Positions 25,536-37,444 of a stretch of 64,000 nt of DNA are shown here, one piece after another. Every line of letters begins with the position of its first letter. Position 1 is the first letter of the stretch. The position numbers and the translations under genes were made by a program. Source of the DNA: Selaginella moellendorffii (lineage: Eukaryota; Plantae; Lycopodiophyta); the NCBI RefSeq assembly GCF_000143415.4, contig NW_003314275.1:1841419-1905418 (forward strand), given 5' to 3'. The notes beneath the pieces were generated by a model, which searched no databases, was not told the origin of the DNA, and saw only the letters and a program-made list of their open reading frames with translations.

Positions 25536-25682
25536 TCCGGCCAGGAGCGCTAGGATGCACTATTTCCACTCGCGGCACCGCTGGGACGAAGAAGAATGCC
25601 GCAAGGAAGAAGAAGCTTTTGTCGCCAAAACCGCCCTAGAATGCTACCAAGGGTTTCGGACAGGGAGAAGCTTCGAGACGTC

Positions 25683-25885
25683 CAGATGAACGGCCAGGAT
25701 CGCGTCACATTATGGTTAAGGTACCGTACTCTTATTAACCCAACCGTACGCTTTAGTTTATCTTAAACCCTTCTTACAACGGCCCCTTTAGCTTAAACCC
25801 TCCCTTAATCAGATGAACGGCCAGGATTGCGTCACATAGTACTCTCACTAACATAACCTTACGATTTAGTTTAGCTTAAGCCCTC
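25683..25885. promoter_or_regulatory. Divergent CPN20/KAB1 intergenic region with a ~90-bp imperfect direct duplication
   Basis: CAGATGAACGGCCAGGAT(C/T)GCGTCACAT at 25683 and 25810, each followed by similar TACG.TTTAGTTTA.CTTAA.CCCT blocks. Confidence 0.6.
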
Positions 25886-26008
25886 CAGTCTAATTCAGCG
25901 GTTGAGATATTTTTCAAACGAATGGCACGGAATGTGCCACAGCACTGTTTTATTAAACCTACCGTTTACCTTAAACCCTCGCTTTTAATCGTCTCTTTTG
26001 TCTCGGCT

Positions 26009-27407
26009 ATGTCGTCGAGCGCTATGCAATACCGGCATCTAGGGAAGACGGGGCTCAAGGTAAGCGTGCTCGGCTATGGCGCCTGGGTCACATTTGGGAA
26101 CCAGCTCGATGTCAAGGACGCCAAGATCTTGCTCTCGCGCTGCCGCGACTCGGGGATCAATTTCTTCGACAATGCCGAGGTCTACGCCAACGGCAGGGCG
26201 GAGGAGATCATGGGGCAAGCGATCCGGGAGCTGGGATGGAAGAGATCCGATGTGGTGATCAGCACCAAAATATTTTGGGGAGGGCCAGGGCCAAACGATA
26301 AGGGGCTGTCCAGGAAGCACATTATCGAGGGCGTCAAGGCGTCGCTCAAGCGGCTGGAGATGGAGTATGTGGATCTCCTGTATTGCCACAGGCCCGATCC
26401 GGCCACGCCCATGGAGGAGACGGTGCGAGCTATGAACTATGTGATCGATCACGGGTGGGCGTTCTACTGGGGGACGAGCGAATGGACCGCCCAGCAGATC
26501 ACCGAGGCGTGGGAGGTGGCCAGGAGATTGGGGCTTATTGGGCCTTGCGTGGAGCAGCCAGAGTATAATCTTCTCGCCAGAGACAAGGTGTGTGTTCTTG
26601 GTCCATTCTCTTTTTCATTGCATGGTTTCCTTGTTGTTTGTGTTCTTTCTGGGTGACAAGCATGTTGGTTGGAAATTTTATTCTTTCGAGGTGGGTGATG
26701 AGACCCAATGTTTTCTTTCGGACGTGCTAGCTTGCAGCATTGCCAAGTGAAAGATTCCAGCTACAGTGGTGTGTCACTCTTTTTCGTTCTTTGCTTGGAA
26801 TTTTGGTCATTGATTACGCTCTCCATCTTTGTTTTCTTTCTTCCAGGTGGAAGTGGAATATCTTCCACTGTACAGTAGCTATGGGATCGGCGTGACGACT
26901 TGGAGTCCTCTGGCGTCAGGAGTTCTGACTGGAAAGTATACCAAATTCAGCATTCCACCTGACAGCCGCTTCTCGCTGGAAAACTACAAGGTCTCCGACT
27001 TGTTTTTGTATTGGGTTTCTAGATCTCTTCTGACGATTGTCTCTGCGTCATGACAGAACTTGGCAAATCGATCCTTGGTTGATGATATTCTACTCAAAGT
27101 TGACAAGCTCCGACCTATCGCAGCCAAGCTCGACGTTTCTCTGGCGCAGCTCGCCATTGCGTGGTGTGCTTCGAATCCAAACGTCAGCTCCGTGATAATG
27201 GGAGCTACAAAAGAAAGCCAAGTGAGTTATCTCTATCAATTCCTTCTCCTTCTGGATGTTTTCTAAAAAGATGTACTTTTTTATATGCTCCAGCTGATAG
27301 AGAATGTGAAAGCTCTGGAATTGCTACCCCGCCTCACGCCGGATGTAATGGACAAGATCGAGGCCGCTGTCATGAGCAAGCCAAAAAAGCCTGACCTCTA
27401 TCGCTGA
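26009..27407 (+). CDS. KAB1: Aldo-keto reductase / voltage-gated K+ channel beta subunit (KAB1-like), 4 exons
   Basis: [14 protein letters not shown]...[74 protein letters not shown]...NVSSVI.GAT. Confidence 0.93.
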
Positions 27408-27534
27408 GACGAGAGAGTGCGGTGGTCCTTAAATGCTTGTTTTACACGTTCCTGAGATAAATTCTTGGAGAGGTATGATAAAAGATCATTTTTTAAAATC
27501 AAGTTTTCTTGGAAGTTTTCAGTCGATCAACAAA

Positions 27535-27662
27535 ATATCAGCTCCGTGATAACGGGAGCTTGATCGAAAGAAACAAAGTGAGAGCTTTAGAATCAAATGG
27601 ACAAGAGCAAGGCCACTGTCATGAACAAGCCAAAAAGAACGCATGAGTGACCTCTATCGTCA
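27535..27662 (+). pseudogene. Decayed partial tandem duplicate of the KAB1 3' coding end
   Basis: TCAGCTCCGTGATAA.GGGAGCT, ATGGACAAGA..AGGCC.CTGTCATGA.CAAGCCAAAAA and TGACCTCTATCG re-occur in the same order as in 27184-27404, with internal deletions. Confidence 0.65.
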
Positions 27663-27987
27663 AGATAGGACTTGGGATGCGTTTGATCACATCTTTGCTG
27701 TGATCATTTGTATTCATCCGATCCAACACAGGACGGGGAGATCTTTCGGCGATGATTTTGGTCTAGTTTCCTGACAAGTTGGGGGCCTAGTTTACACTTT
27801 TATTTTCTCGGTCGCAGCGTCGGGCATGAAACACGAGACGAAAGGAAAACTATTGGAGATTGGAATCGCAATTTTGTCAATTCAATCTTTGGGCCTGAGT
27901 GGGACGGTGGTGGGTTCTCATGATTAAACAAGCCCGATTCGCTTCTCCATCGCTTTTGATTGACCCAAAGAAAGAAGAAACTCACAC

Positions 27988-28026
<39 letters not shown>

Positions 28027-28207
28027 TCCTGGGATCTTGCCACGGCAGCACATCCTTACACGTGTCATAATTTGAGGACCACAAAAGCTTGGCTCCATTA
28101 TACTAGCTATAGCTTGGAAGTTCCAACTTGGAAGAGCTCATAGTCTCCTTTGAGACGATCAAGGAGCTCTGGCGATGGATCCATCTATGGAGTCCATCAC
28201 AAGAAAT

Positions 28208-28937
28208 CTAGCAGCATTGCCGGACAGTGCACGCCACAGCCTGCGCCCAATGCCGCAGCCTCGTCTTCACCACTTGCGGATGATCCCCTGCCAAAGACAG
28301 GGAGAAATCAGCCAAAAACATCTCTAAACCCTAGCTAAAACCCACCTGGGCTCGCGATCTTCCACTCCACCGGGCTGGACGACCCGCTGGACTCGCTCCC
28401 ATTCTCCTGGAAGTGGCGGAGCGCGTGGCAAATCTCCAGCGCCGGGAGCGTCTCGCACAGCCGCGGATCCTCGCAATCGAATCGGAAGCCCAGATCAATG
28501 CAGCCGCGCAGCTCCTCCAGATCGTCGTCCGTGAGGCTGCGCGTGCGTGTTCTTCGCAGCCTGGGTGTGGCGGGGCTGGATTCCTCCAAGATTGACGCCA
28601 ATGGAGGTGGCTTCTGGCCGCAATCCGACGCCGAGCGGCCCAGCGCGCGATCCTTGCCCGCGGGATCCAGCTCCAGGTCGCGCAATTCGTCCAGGAGCGA
28701 CTGATCGCGCCGCCGCTCCCACGCCTCCTCGCAAATCGCCTGTGACGACCACGATCTCTGCCGGGACAGCCTCCGGCGAGGAGCTTTTGGAATCACTTCT
28801 TCGTCCACCATGATCTCTTCCTGCGATCCTTTGCAAAAGGGAAGACTTGTAGCCACAACCTTTTCTCCCTTTTCCTCGACATCGAGCTCGATTTCCTCCA
28901 ATTTCTCCATCGCGCAGCTGCGATCATCCAATTCCAT
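28208..28937 (-). CDS. DUF1685-family plant protein (2 exons)
   Basis: RTRSLTDDDLEELRGCIDLGFRF...LCETLPALE...WKIASPG / DHPQVVKTRLRHWAQAVAC. Confidence 0.85.
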
Positions 28938-29299
28938 CGCCCCTCTTCCTCCACTCGAGTGGCAAAAATAAATTGGAAAGATCCTTGTAATGTAGAAATA
29001 GCTCCAAGGTCACTTAATGCTTAAATTTACAGTGGCGACCAACTGGAAGGCAAAGCTCTGTGTTGTTTGTGGCTATGGCGGCTGGAACGAGCGACCTGGT
29101 GGCTTTTACGCAGCCCGGGCTGGAATTCCATCTCAGAATCGGCAGCCATCACAACCGTCCAATCCAAGCCCTCGTTTTCTCTTTAGATAACCCGGCAGGC
29201 ATTTTTCACATTATCATCTACAGCCTCGAGAAAGAATCATACACTCAAAACCAAAAAGAAAAAGAAAGAAGCAATCAATCGATCCATCCATCGCTGCTG

Positions 29300-29985
29300 C
29301 TACTGATTGCAAATCTCGTCCTTTTTCCCCTCCTGATCTAGCTTCGTCTTCTCACTGCTGCGCTGCTCGAATCTTTTCTCTTCATCTCCCTCCTTGGCTT
29401 CCTCCAGAGCTTTCTCATCTTTGGCGGCTAGAAGAACCTCGGGAGCTTTCTCCTGATCTCCATCTTTGGCTTGGAATCCACCGTCGAGCTCCTGCTCTGG
29501 CTGCAACGCCCTGATCTTGATGCAAAATCTCTTCCCATCGTCTGTGCTTCGATCCACATCCAGGCAGCCGATCACCGACGACGAGATCCCCGACTCCAGA
29601 TGCCCGATGGTGGCACCGCATTGCCGGCACAAGAGCCGCGTTTGCATTCTCTGGATCCCCCACTTCCCTGGCGATTCGAAGTACGGGCCACACTTGACCT
29701 CGTCCAGCATTCTAAACCGGCTCTCATCGATCGAGAGGAAGTAGAGGATCCCTTTCCTGCTAGTTTTGGAGTACCTGGGACCGATGCTCGTGATGAGCCG
29801 ATCGGAGGAGCTGAGATTGAGCTTGAACGCGCACCTCCCGCAGCTGGAAAGCAGAGAATTAGCTCGACTGGAGCAAGAAATCCGCGAAGAAGAGCTCGAA
29901 GAAAAGCCCATCGACGATCTCGCGTGGATGAATTCCTTTACCTGTAGGAAACGTCTCTGGTCGATCCCGTCGCCGATACCGCCAT
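29300..29985 (-). CDS. At4g08330-like CxxC zinc-binding uncharacterised protein (exons 29985-29942, 29843-29300)
   Basis: MAVSATGSTRDVSYS/CGRCAFKLNLSS...YSKTSRKGILYFLSIDESRF...TRLLCRQCGATIG...FCIKIRALQP, with a charged C-terminal tail. Confidence 0.75.
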
Positions 29986-30480
29986 GGAATGCTAGCGCCT
30001 CCTCGCAGCAATGCCTCCTACCATAGCCACTGGGACAAACCCTAAGCACGTCTTTCTCCACCATTGCCGGAAAATGCCATTTCTTTAACGGCCAGCTGAC
30101 GGAATATTCTTGAGAGCGGATATGCCGCCACGTATAGCCGTTGGTTCTCTTAAAATCCGACGGCTCTCTAGCGTTTGATGTTTTCAAAGGAAGCAACGAT
30201 GGGTTTGTCCTCCTGGCGCCAGGGCGTCCGATCGATCAGCGCGAAATCTCGCGTATTGCAGCTGGATTTCGCTGCTGCGCGGCGCGCACAGCACGGTGAA
30301 TCGCTTGCCTGAATCGCAGGGATTGAGCAGCGCGCTTGTCATGAAGCTCAGGGTTTTCTCCGGCATTGGAAGAGCTCGGGCACTCGCAGATCTGTATTGC
30401 ATTGAGTGGAGCAAGCATTTGTGCTGGCATCTCCGGCTCCAATCTCTGCGGCGCTAGGCTACCAGAAATTTTTTGGGAGA

Positions 30481-32331
30481 ATGAGAGGCAGCAGAGTTAG
30501 AGTATCGGGGAAATGGATGCTCCTCTTGTGCGTGGCAAGCTTCTGTGTGGGTACGCTCTTCACAAACAGGTAAGACTGTGTCTCCTACACGTAGAATGGT
30601 TTTCAATTTTTATTTTTTATTCTATTTTCTATTCTCCAAAGTAGTTATCAGTCGTTACTTACGTCGATCAATCCAAAGATCTCACTGTTACGAATGTAGG
30701 ATATGGAATGCGTCAGAAGAACTAGACGTGATTCGTCCAAAGACGTCGGATCTCCTTCACATTGTCAAGGACGAACAGTGTGGTCCAAAGCCTGTGAGTT
30801 GAAAGCTTGATTCTTACAAGCGAGCTACTTTTTTCTTTGTTTTTCTTGGCAGAAGCCCGAAACATCACCCAGAGATATACTCGATCAAGTGTCCAAAACT
30901 CATCACGCAGTTTGGTAAGCACTGTAGGTTCTGTTGGTGCGTGTCTAAGATATGATCTGGTTTGTAGGAACTTGGATAAAACAATATCAACACTTGAGAT
31001 GGAGCTCTCAGCCGCTCGCTCCATTGCGCAGCAATCCATAGGCTCTCCTGGACTGGGGGTCCCGACTGGTGCTTTTGGTGCTGAGCCTCGACAGAAAGTT
31101 TTTGTTGTGATCGGAATCAACACGGCTTTTAGCAGTCGTAAGCGTCGCGATTCCGTTCGAGAGACATGGATGCCTCAAGGTAAATTCGGCTCAACGCATT
31201 CTCAAGTGCTTGACTATTTTCATTTTTTCCAGGCGAGAACTCACGTAAGCTCGAAAGAAAAGGAGTTGTTATCAAGTTTGTTATCGGTCACAGGCATGTC
31301 ATGTCTTAAACAGCTATTGCGACTTCGCTCTAACAGCAGGATTTCCAGTGCAACGCCCGGCGACCTGTTAGATCGTTCGATTGACGCGGAAGAAGCCCAA
31401 CACGGCGATTTCCTAAGGCTGGTAATAGAAACGCTTTCTATGTCTTTCCTCTTTCAATGTACTGAAACGTAGTTTCTCCTTGTCTGCTGGCGCAAGGACC
31501 ATATTGAAGGCTACATGGAGCTGTCCGCAAAAACGAAGATCTACTTTTCTACAGCTGTTGCTAAATGGGATGCGGAATTCTACGTCAAAGTCGACGACGA
31601 TGTCCATGTGAATATCGGTAAGTGCCAGTCCTGAAAGCTGCTTCTAGTTGTGCTAGCATTTAAGCTTGCAGGCATGCTCGTTTCAACTCTGTCTCTTCTG
31701 CGCTCCCAGCCTCGCACTTACATTGGCTGCATGAAATCAGGCCCTGTTCTAGCACAGAAGTAAGTGACATTCGCTCTGAAACTGGTAGATTTTAAATGCC
31801 TCGTTCTTCCAGGGGCGTCAAGTATCACGAGCCAGAATACTGGAAGTTTGGTGAAGACGGTAACAGATACTTTCGCCACGCAACAGGTCAGTTGTATGCG
31901 ATTTCAAAGGATCTGGCGACTTACATCGCTATCAACCAGTAAGTCCATTAAGTTCCTTGTCTGATGGTGTTAGCTAGCGATCTTTGACTTCCTCGGATTT
32001 TTTCCAGGCCCATATTGCATCAATTTGCAAACGAAGATGTGTCGCTCGGGGCGTGGTTCATCGGACTGGACGTGAATCACGTCGACGAGCGAAGCTTTTG
32101 CTGTGGAACTTCACCGGGTTTGTTCTCGATCGATTTGCTCTCGTATCGATTGGATGAAGAATTTTTCTTTTGCTCCTGGCAGATTGCGACTGGCAAGCTC
32201 AAGCAGGCAACGTTTGTGTTGCCTCGTTCGATTGGAGTTGTAGCGGCATTTGCAAATCCGTGGAAAGAATGAAGATCGTGCATGAAAAATGCGGAGAAGG
32301 CGATCGCGCTGTCTGGAACGCTGTCTTTTAA
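30481..32331 (+). CDS. GT31 beta-1,3-galactosyltransferase (type II membrane), multi-exon
   Basis: N-terminal TM segment; [89 protein letters not shown]. Confidence 0.93.
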
Positions 32332-33673
32332 AGTTTAGAAGCATTCTCGCTCCGACGTGTCATTGCGTGTCAGTTATCGAGAGCCACGTAAAGCTACAAT
32401 TCTGACGTGGACATTTTAATGCTGCCACGTCAGAGTTTTAAAGGCACAAAGTTTCGAGCTTTGAAGCCCGGGGAAGGATTTCAAAGCATGGTTTCCAACC
32501 ACCATCACCTTGCCCGTGCAACAAAATTTTCTTTGCAGATTAAAAGATTTCAAATGCATTATAGGATATAGCCTCAATGAAGCTGAAACATTTCAGTTGG
32601 GGGGAAAGAGTGCTTTTGCTCATGGCAGACTCAGACTGTGCACTCTTGTGGCCGGGCGGTGCTGGCCTGGTACCCAGAGGAGCAACTGCTAGGAGTTGTG
32701 TCAAACAGGACTTCGCTCTGAAGGCCTCATGCTCGGGCCTGCCAAAGCTGATATCATAACCCTGCAACTTGCTAGATATCCCGAAAGATGAGCTCCCCAG
32801 CAAGATGGCCAGTGCTCAAAGCTGAGGACGTCCAGACTTGGGAGCTCGAGTGCCAAGTGTAGACGGTGTGAACTCCAAGATGTGTGCAGAGCAGTAAATG
32901 CTGAACTGCTCCTGGTTGCCCCTCATTTCCAGCTTAATGTCACCTGAGTAGTCAGGACGCTTCTTCGCAGCGTAGGCCACATTCACAGCGGGAAGCTTCT
33001 GCTGGAAGCGGGTGCGAGGATTGCAAACTGCCACCATGCCGGCTCCTTGTAGTTGTAGTTGCAGTATATTGGCTCTGGATCATGGACCGCAATGCCAATT
33101 CCAGGTGCCAGTAAGAAGCAGGGATTTTGTGGAGGTATGACAAGTGAGGAAAGACTGCGTAAGTAATATTTAAGCTTGTAGTCACTTATGAATTGAAATG
33201 TTTACCTGTGTTTTTAGAAGTGGGAACCCCTGGTCTGACTTTGAGTTCGAGCCCCCTTGCACTGTCGCCTGGGAACACGATCTTGCCACAACTGTTTGTA
33301 GCCATGCAAAGATTCTACTTGACAAAGAAATTAGCTCCAGATCATGCTTAGTTGTTCTAGCTCACTGAAAATGCACTCTTGTCCTCTACGCTCTTGGGTT
33401 TTCACATGTCGTGAGCAACTCCAAGATTCTCTCCTTACAGGGCTTTCTTACTCCAGAAAATCCCTCAAACACACTAAGATTGCATCAAATAAGCACTGTC
33501 TTTCTTTAAAACCAAAGGTTTGCCATTAATTCCATCCGGAGCCACATTGCATCATCGTGCCCCGACGCTCTCGCTGTGGGATTTTCTGGAGTTCTCGAAG
33601 CCACGTTGCTACTATCTGACGTGGATATTATTAGGGCTGCCATGTCAGAGTTTTTTTCTTTCTCTAGATTTCT

Positions 33674-35693
33674 ATGGCGACGCTGCTACGGAGGTTCTTC
33701 AAGTCGCTGGCCTTGTCGTCGTCGGCGTCTCAAGAGGAATCGCCCGAATCGGCGCATTCCCTGGCGGAATTTCCAGATGATCTCCTTGGCGCGGTGCTCC
33801 GGCAGCTTAGCCCCGAGGATCTGGCAACGGCGAGCTTGGTATGCAAATCCTGGCACGCCTCCGCCACTGAGGACTCGATCTGGGAGGCGATTCTTCGGCG
33901 CGAGACGAGCTCCTGGTGGCCGTTCGTGCGGTTTATGGAGGCCTATTTGCGTCCAGAGTTTTCCCAAAGGCAAGATTGCTGTTCTTGAGCGATAGAATGG
34001 GGCAAATTCCGTGCACAGATTTTTAGCAATTCCAGTGGAGCTGGAGCTTCCTTTCTACAAGATCTATTGCGGCAGGCGTAGTTTACAACAGTGTCTTATA
34101 ATCGATGGTAAGTCTTTCTTTTCTTTCTTATAGACTTGGTCTAAAACACTGGCAGTCGCTCTTCAGGAGGATCCGGGTATTGTAAATATGGACTCGCGAA
34201 TAAATTCGCTCCCGAAGGAAAGCTGGCGACATTTCTGGTATGTGAATGCTTTTGGTTTCTCGTGGCAAAGTCTTTAGTGTTTTTTTTTTCTTTGCAGGAG
34301 TTTGGGAACATTGACTCTCCTCTTGCTCCGCGGCTGTCTAATCTCTATCAAACGATTCTTAACAGGTATGACGATTTTTCCGCAAGAGGACTTGGTTTTG
34401 TAGCATTTCTTGCTTTCCAGGATGAAAACAAAAGCTTCAGCACAACCGGTTGTCATCTCAACTCCAATATGCCAAAATGATGGTTGTGTGCAATGGTTTT
34501 GTTACTTTTTGAGAGTTTTCGTGATCAATCTTTTCTTAGCTAATGGCTACTGCCGCAGATACGGATGTAGCGTTGGCAATGCGACGGCAATACAGGGAAA
34601 CAACATTTAATGTACTGTTTGATCTTGGATTTCCTGCGGTGTGCGCTGTTAACCAGGTGAAGCTGTTGTAAGCACGATGTAATCCTAAACTGTTCTTACC
34701 AGGCAGTTTTGGCTCTTTATTCGGCGATGAGGACTTCGGGAATAGTTGTAAATATCGGCTTTCATGTTACTAGTGTTGTTCCAGGTGATGTTTGTGTTTT
34801 AGTATGTCACTGTGACTAAACTGTGAACTTCTTGGCAGTTTATAATGGAACAGTGATGAGAAACATCGGTGTAGAGGTCATTGGCCAAGGAGCGCTCCGC
34901 TTAACTGGATATTTAAGTGAGCTCATGCATCAGAATGGAACAAATTTTACGTCAATGTACGCAATCAGAACTTTGAAAGAGGTGATTTTCAAAAATTATT
35001 TTGGTTCCAAGTGGCACAACACGTTTGTTATATGCAGAGACTGTGCTATGTAGCGGAAGACTACGAAGCAGAGCTACTGAAAGATACCAGTGCTTCGTGT
35101 GACGTTGGCGACGATGGCAACTTCGTGCTAAAGCACGAGCGGTTTAAAACGGGAGAACTTCTCTTCAGACCATGGCTTGGCGGCATGTAAGTTTTAATTC
35201 TATCTCCTCCCGTGAGTGCTAAGTTGCAGTGATAGGCGAGCTATGGGATTGCATCACGCCGTTGCCTTGTGCATGGAGCACTGCGCAGACCTGGACTCTT
35301 CTGGTGAAGAATGGTACAAAACCATAGTTTTGACAGGAGGATCGGCATGCCTTCCCGGCATAAAAGGTAACTCACAGCGAAATCCATGGTACTCCTCTGA
35401 TCCTACTCTTACCGACCAGAGCGACTAGCCAAGGAACTTCGCTACTATCTGCCAGTCTCTCTAGTGGAAGGGATGACCATCATACCACCGCTTCACGGAC
35501 CTCACGGAGCATGGATTGGAGCTAAGCTCCTGAGCGACGTAAGTTTCTTTGCTTTGTGTTTTCTCGCTGGATCCAACATGAGCCAATCACTTTGCAGATG
35601 AGCAGCTTTCCACGGGAATGGTGCGTGAGCCGAAAGAAGTTCCGGAAGGTTGGCTCCAGCATTCTCCATGCCATGGCGTTTGATGACAGCTAG
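33674..35693 (+). CDS. ARP8: F-box-containing actin-related protein (plant ARP8 type), multi-exon
   Basis: F-box (FPDDLLGAVL...L.PEDLATASLVCKSW) followed by actin-fold motifs IIDGGSGYCKYG, QAVLALY, VVNIGF, LCYVAEDY, ERFKTGELLFQP, IVLTGGSACLPG, AWIGA. Confidence 0.9.
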
Positions 35694-36207
35694 AGAGCAC
35701 ACCACCGAAAACTCGGTACTGCTCCGACGACAAGAGAAAAGTCTGGTAAAGTTCGTGACGAGTTTTATAGCTGTGAATTCAGAGCAGCGGAGGACGACCT
35801 CCGTCCCAACCCGTGACTTTGATGTTCTTCGCGCGGTGGTTTTCATTTTCTTACGCTCGCTACTTCTAACCCCGTGTGGAGCGTGTCTTGCAGCTATGAC
35901 ACAACACTCGGCCATTGAATGCGTCGAGAAGAAAAAGTAAGATTTCTTCGTTCTTTCTTTAAGGAGCGTGAAAGGCTGTTGCTGGGAGTACGTTTTAGGA
36001 ACGACTCTTTCCAAGTGAGGGATAATATCGTTCTTACAACTCGTCCAAGTAAGCGCCCACAGAGGAAGACTTGCTCCTTCTCCACCGCAGGATGGGGCTT
36101 GGTGGACGGCGCACGATTAGCGCGCTTATCCACCGTCAAATTGGCAACTAACGGTGGATACGGCACTACTTATGCAGTGCGTTCATATCTTTCCTTTTGA
36201 TCCGGCC

Positions 36208-37194
36208 ATGGGAAGTAGAGCGCTGGATCATGATCAAGTGCTGGGCGCAGTGGTAGCGGCTTTGGGGCGATCATCCAGCAGAGTAGTCGACTGTAATACC
36301 GATTCCTCTCAAGAGTTTAATCCTCCTCCTGCTTCTCCAGCGCCCAAGAACGATCGTGGATCCAGGAGCTCGCTGCAGCACCACAATCTCTTCTCGTGCT
36401 TCACAGGTAGGAAGATCAAGCCCTCTCCTACGAGTGGATCGTCGTGGTCGTGGCCGCGGAGCCCATCCATCATGTCGCGGCTGCTGCTCAGCCCCAGCAT
36501 GAGCCCGGACAATCGAATTCTCGCGGGGGACCAGTCGCCGGCAAGGGGCAACCACCATTCCCACAAGATCCGATCGTTCACTTTCTCGGCTGCGAAGGCG
36601 AGGAAGAACAGGAGATTCGATGATCCGGAGGAGGAATCGTCGTCCAACCGGGGCGAGCCAACCTCGCCCAAAGTTACTTGCATGGGGACCGTGAAGGCGC
36701 CCAAGCCGTGCAAAGCCAAGACCGCAAGGCCTCCTCCGCGGCGTCCTGGATCGACGAATCTCACGTATCACCACCAGCAAGTCCAGGATTCCTTGCTTGA
36801 TCTCAGCAGATTTAGCTCCAAGTCCGGCGAGCTAAGGAGATCAAAGGCGACTGGCTTGGGTCACGATCAGCGATCAAGTTCCCAAGGGCACACGCGATCA
36901 TCGTCATCGCTATCAAACAGGAAGATGAGCTCCATAGGTTGCCAGGTCTCTTCTCTACAGTCGCACCAAATGGTTCCTCAATCGACTGCGTCAATGCCAG
37001 CGCAATTCGCCACTGCCTCTTCTTTGCAACCAATCGATCTCGTGGAAAGGCCCTCCATCTCGCTCAAGAGGCCCGAGGAGGTGTGCATTTGGCGGAGACG
37101 ATGTGTCCCGGAGCCCTTGCGTCTCGACATTATGGGATCTTTGGCAGGTCCACTCAAGTCAGTCGAGGTCAACGGTTCGGTCAGAGTTATGTAG
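36208..37194 (+). CDS. Uncharacterised Ser-rich plant protein with EPTSPKVTCMG motif, single exon
   Basis: 329-codon ORF with EPTSPKVTCMGTVK and C-terminal EVCIWRRR...PLRL, a pattern seen in plant uncharacterised proteins. Confidence 0.7.
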   Translation: MGSRALDHDQVLGAVVAALGRSSSRVVDCNTDSSQEFNPPPASPAPKNDRGSRSSLQHHNLFSCFTGRKIKPSPTSGSSWSWPRSPSIMSRLLLSPSMSPDNRILAGDQSPARGNHHSHKIRSFTFSAAKARKNRRFDDPEEESSSNRGEPTSPKVTCMGTVKAPKPCKAKTARPPPRRPGSTNLTYHHQQVQDSLLDLSRFSSKSGELRRSKATGLGHDQRSSSQGHTRSSSSLSNRKMSSIGCQVSSLQSHQMVPQSTASMPAQFATASSLQPIDLVERPSISLKRPEEVCIWRRRCVPEPLRLDIMGSLAGPLKSVEVNGSVRVM

Positions 37195-37444
37195 CTAGCC
37201 AAAGTCGTGTACAAAAATCTATAGTGTGTGCCACTTTTCATTGTCTGATAGCAAATCGCCATCATACAAGAAGGGACCATTAAAAATCGGACGGATCAAA
37301 TAATGCCACGTCTAGATAAATCGGATGAATCCAAATGTACCAAGTCTACACTGCGACACGTGGCAAAATTAGGATAGTGTCTTCTACGTGTCACACGTAA
37401 TATTCCTGCTAGCGAAGAACCCTAAAACCCCCTGTTGGAAGACA

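Noticed and set aside
29986-30196. N-terminal part of the 298-aa ORF 29300-30196
   Set aside because: A spliced model starting at 29985 restores the RDVSYSCG motif; the upstream in-frame region is probably UTR or intron.
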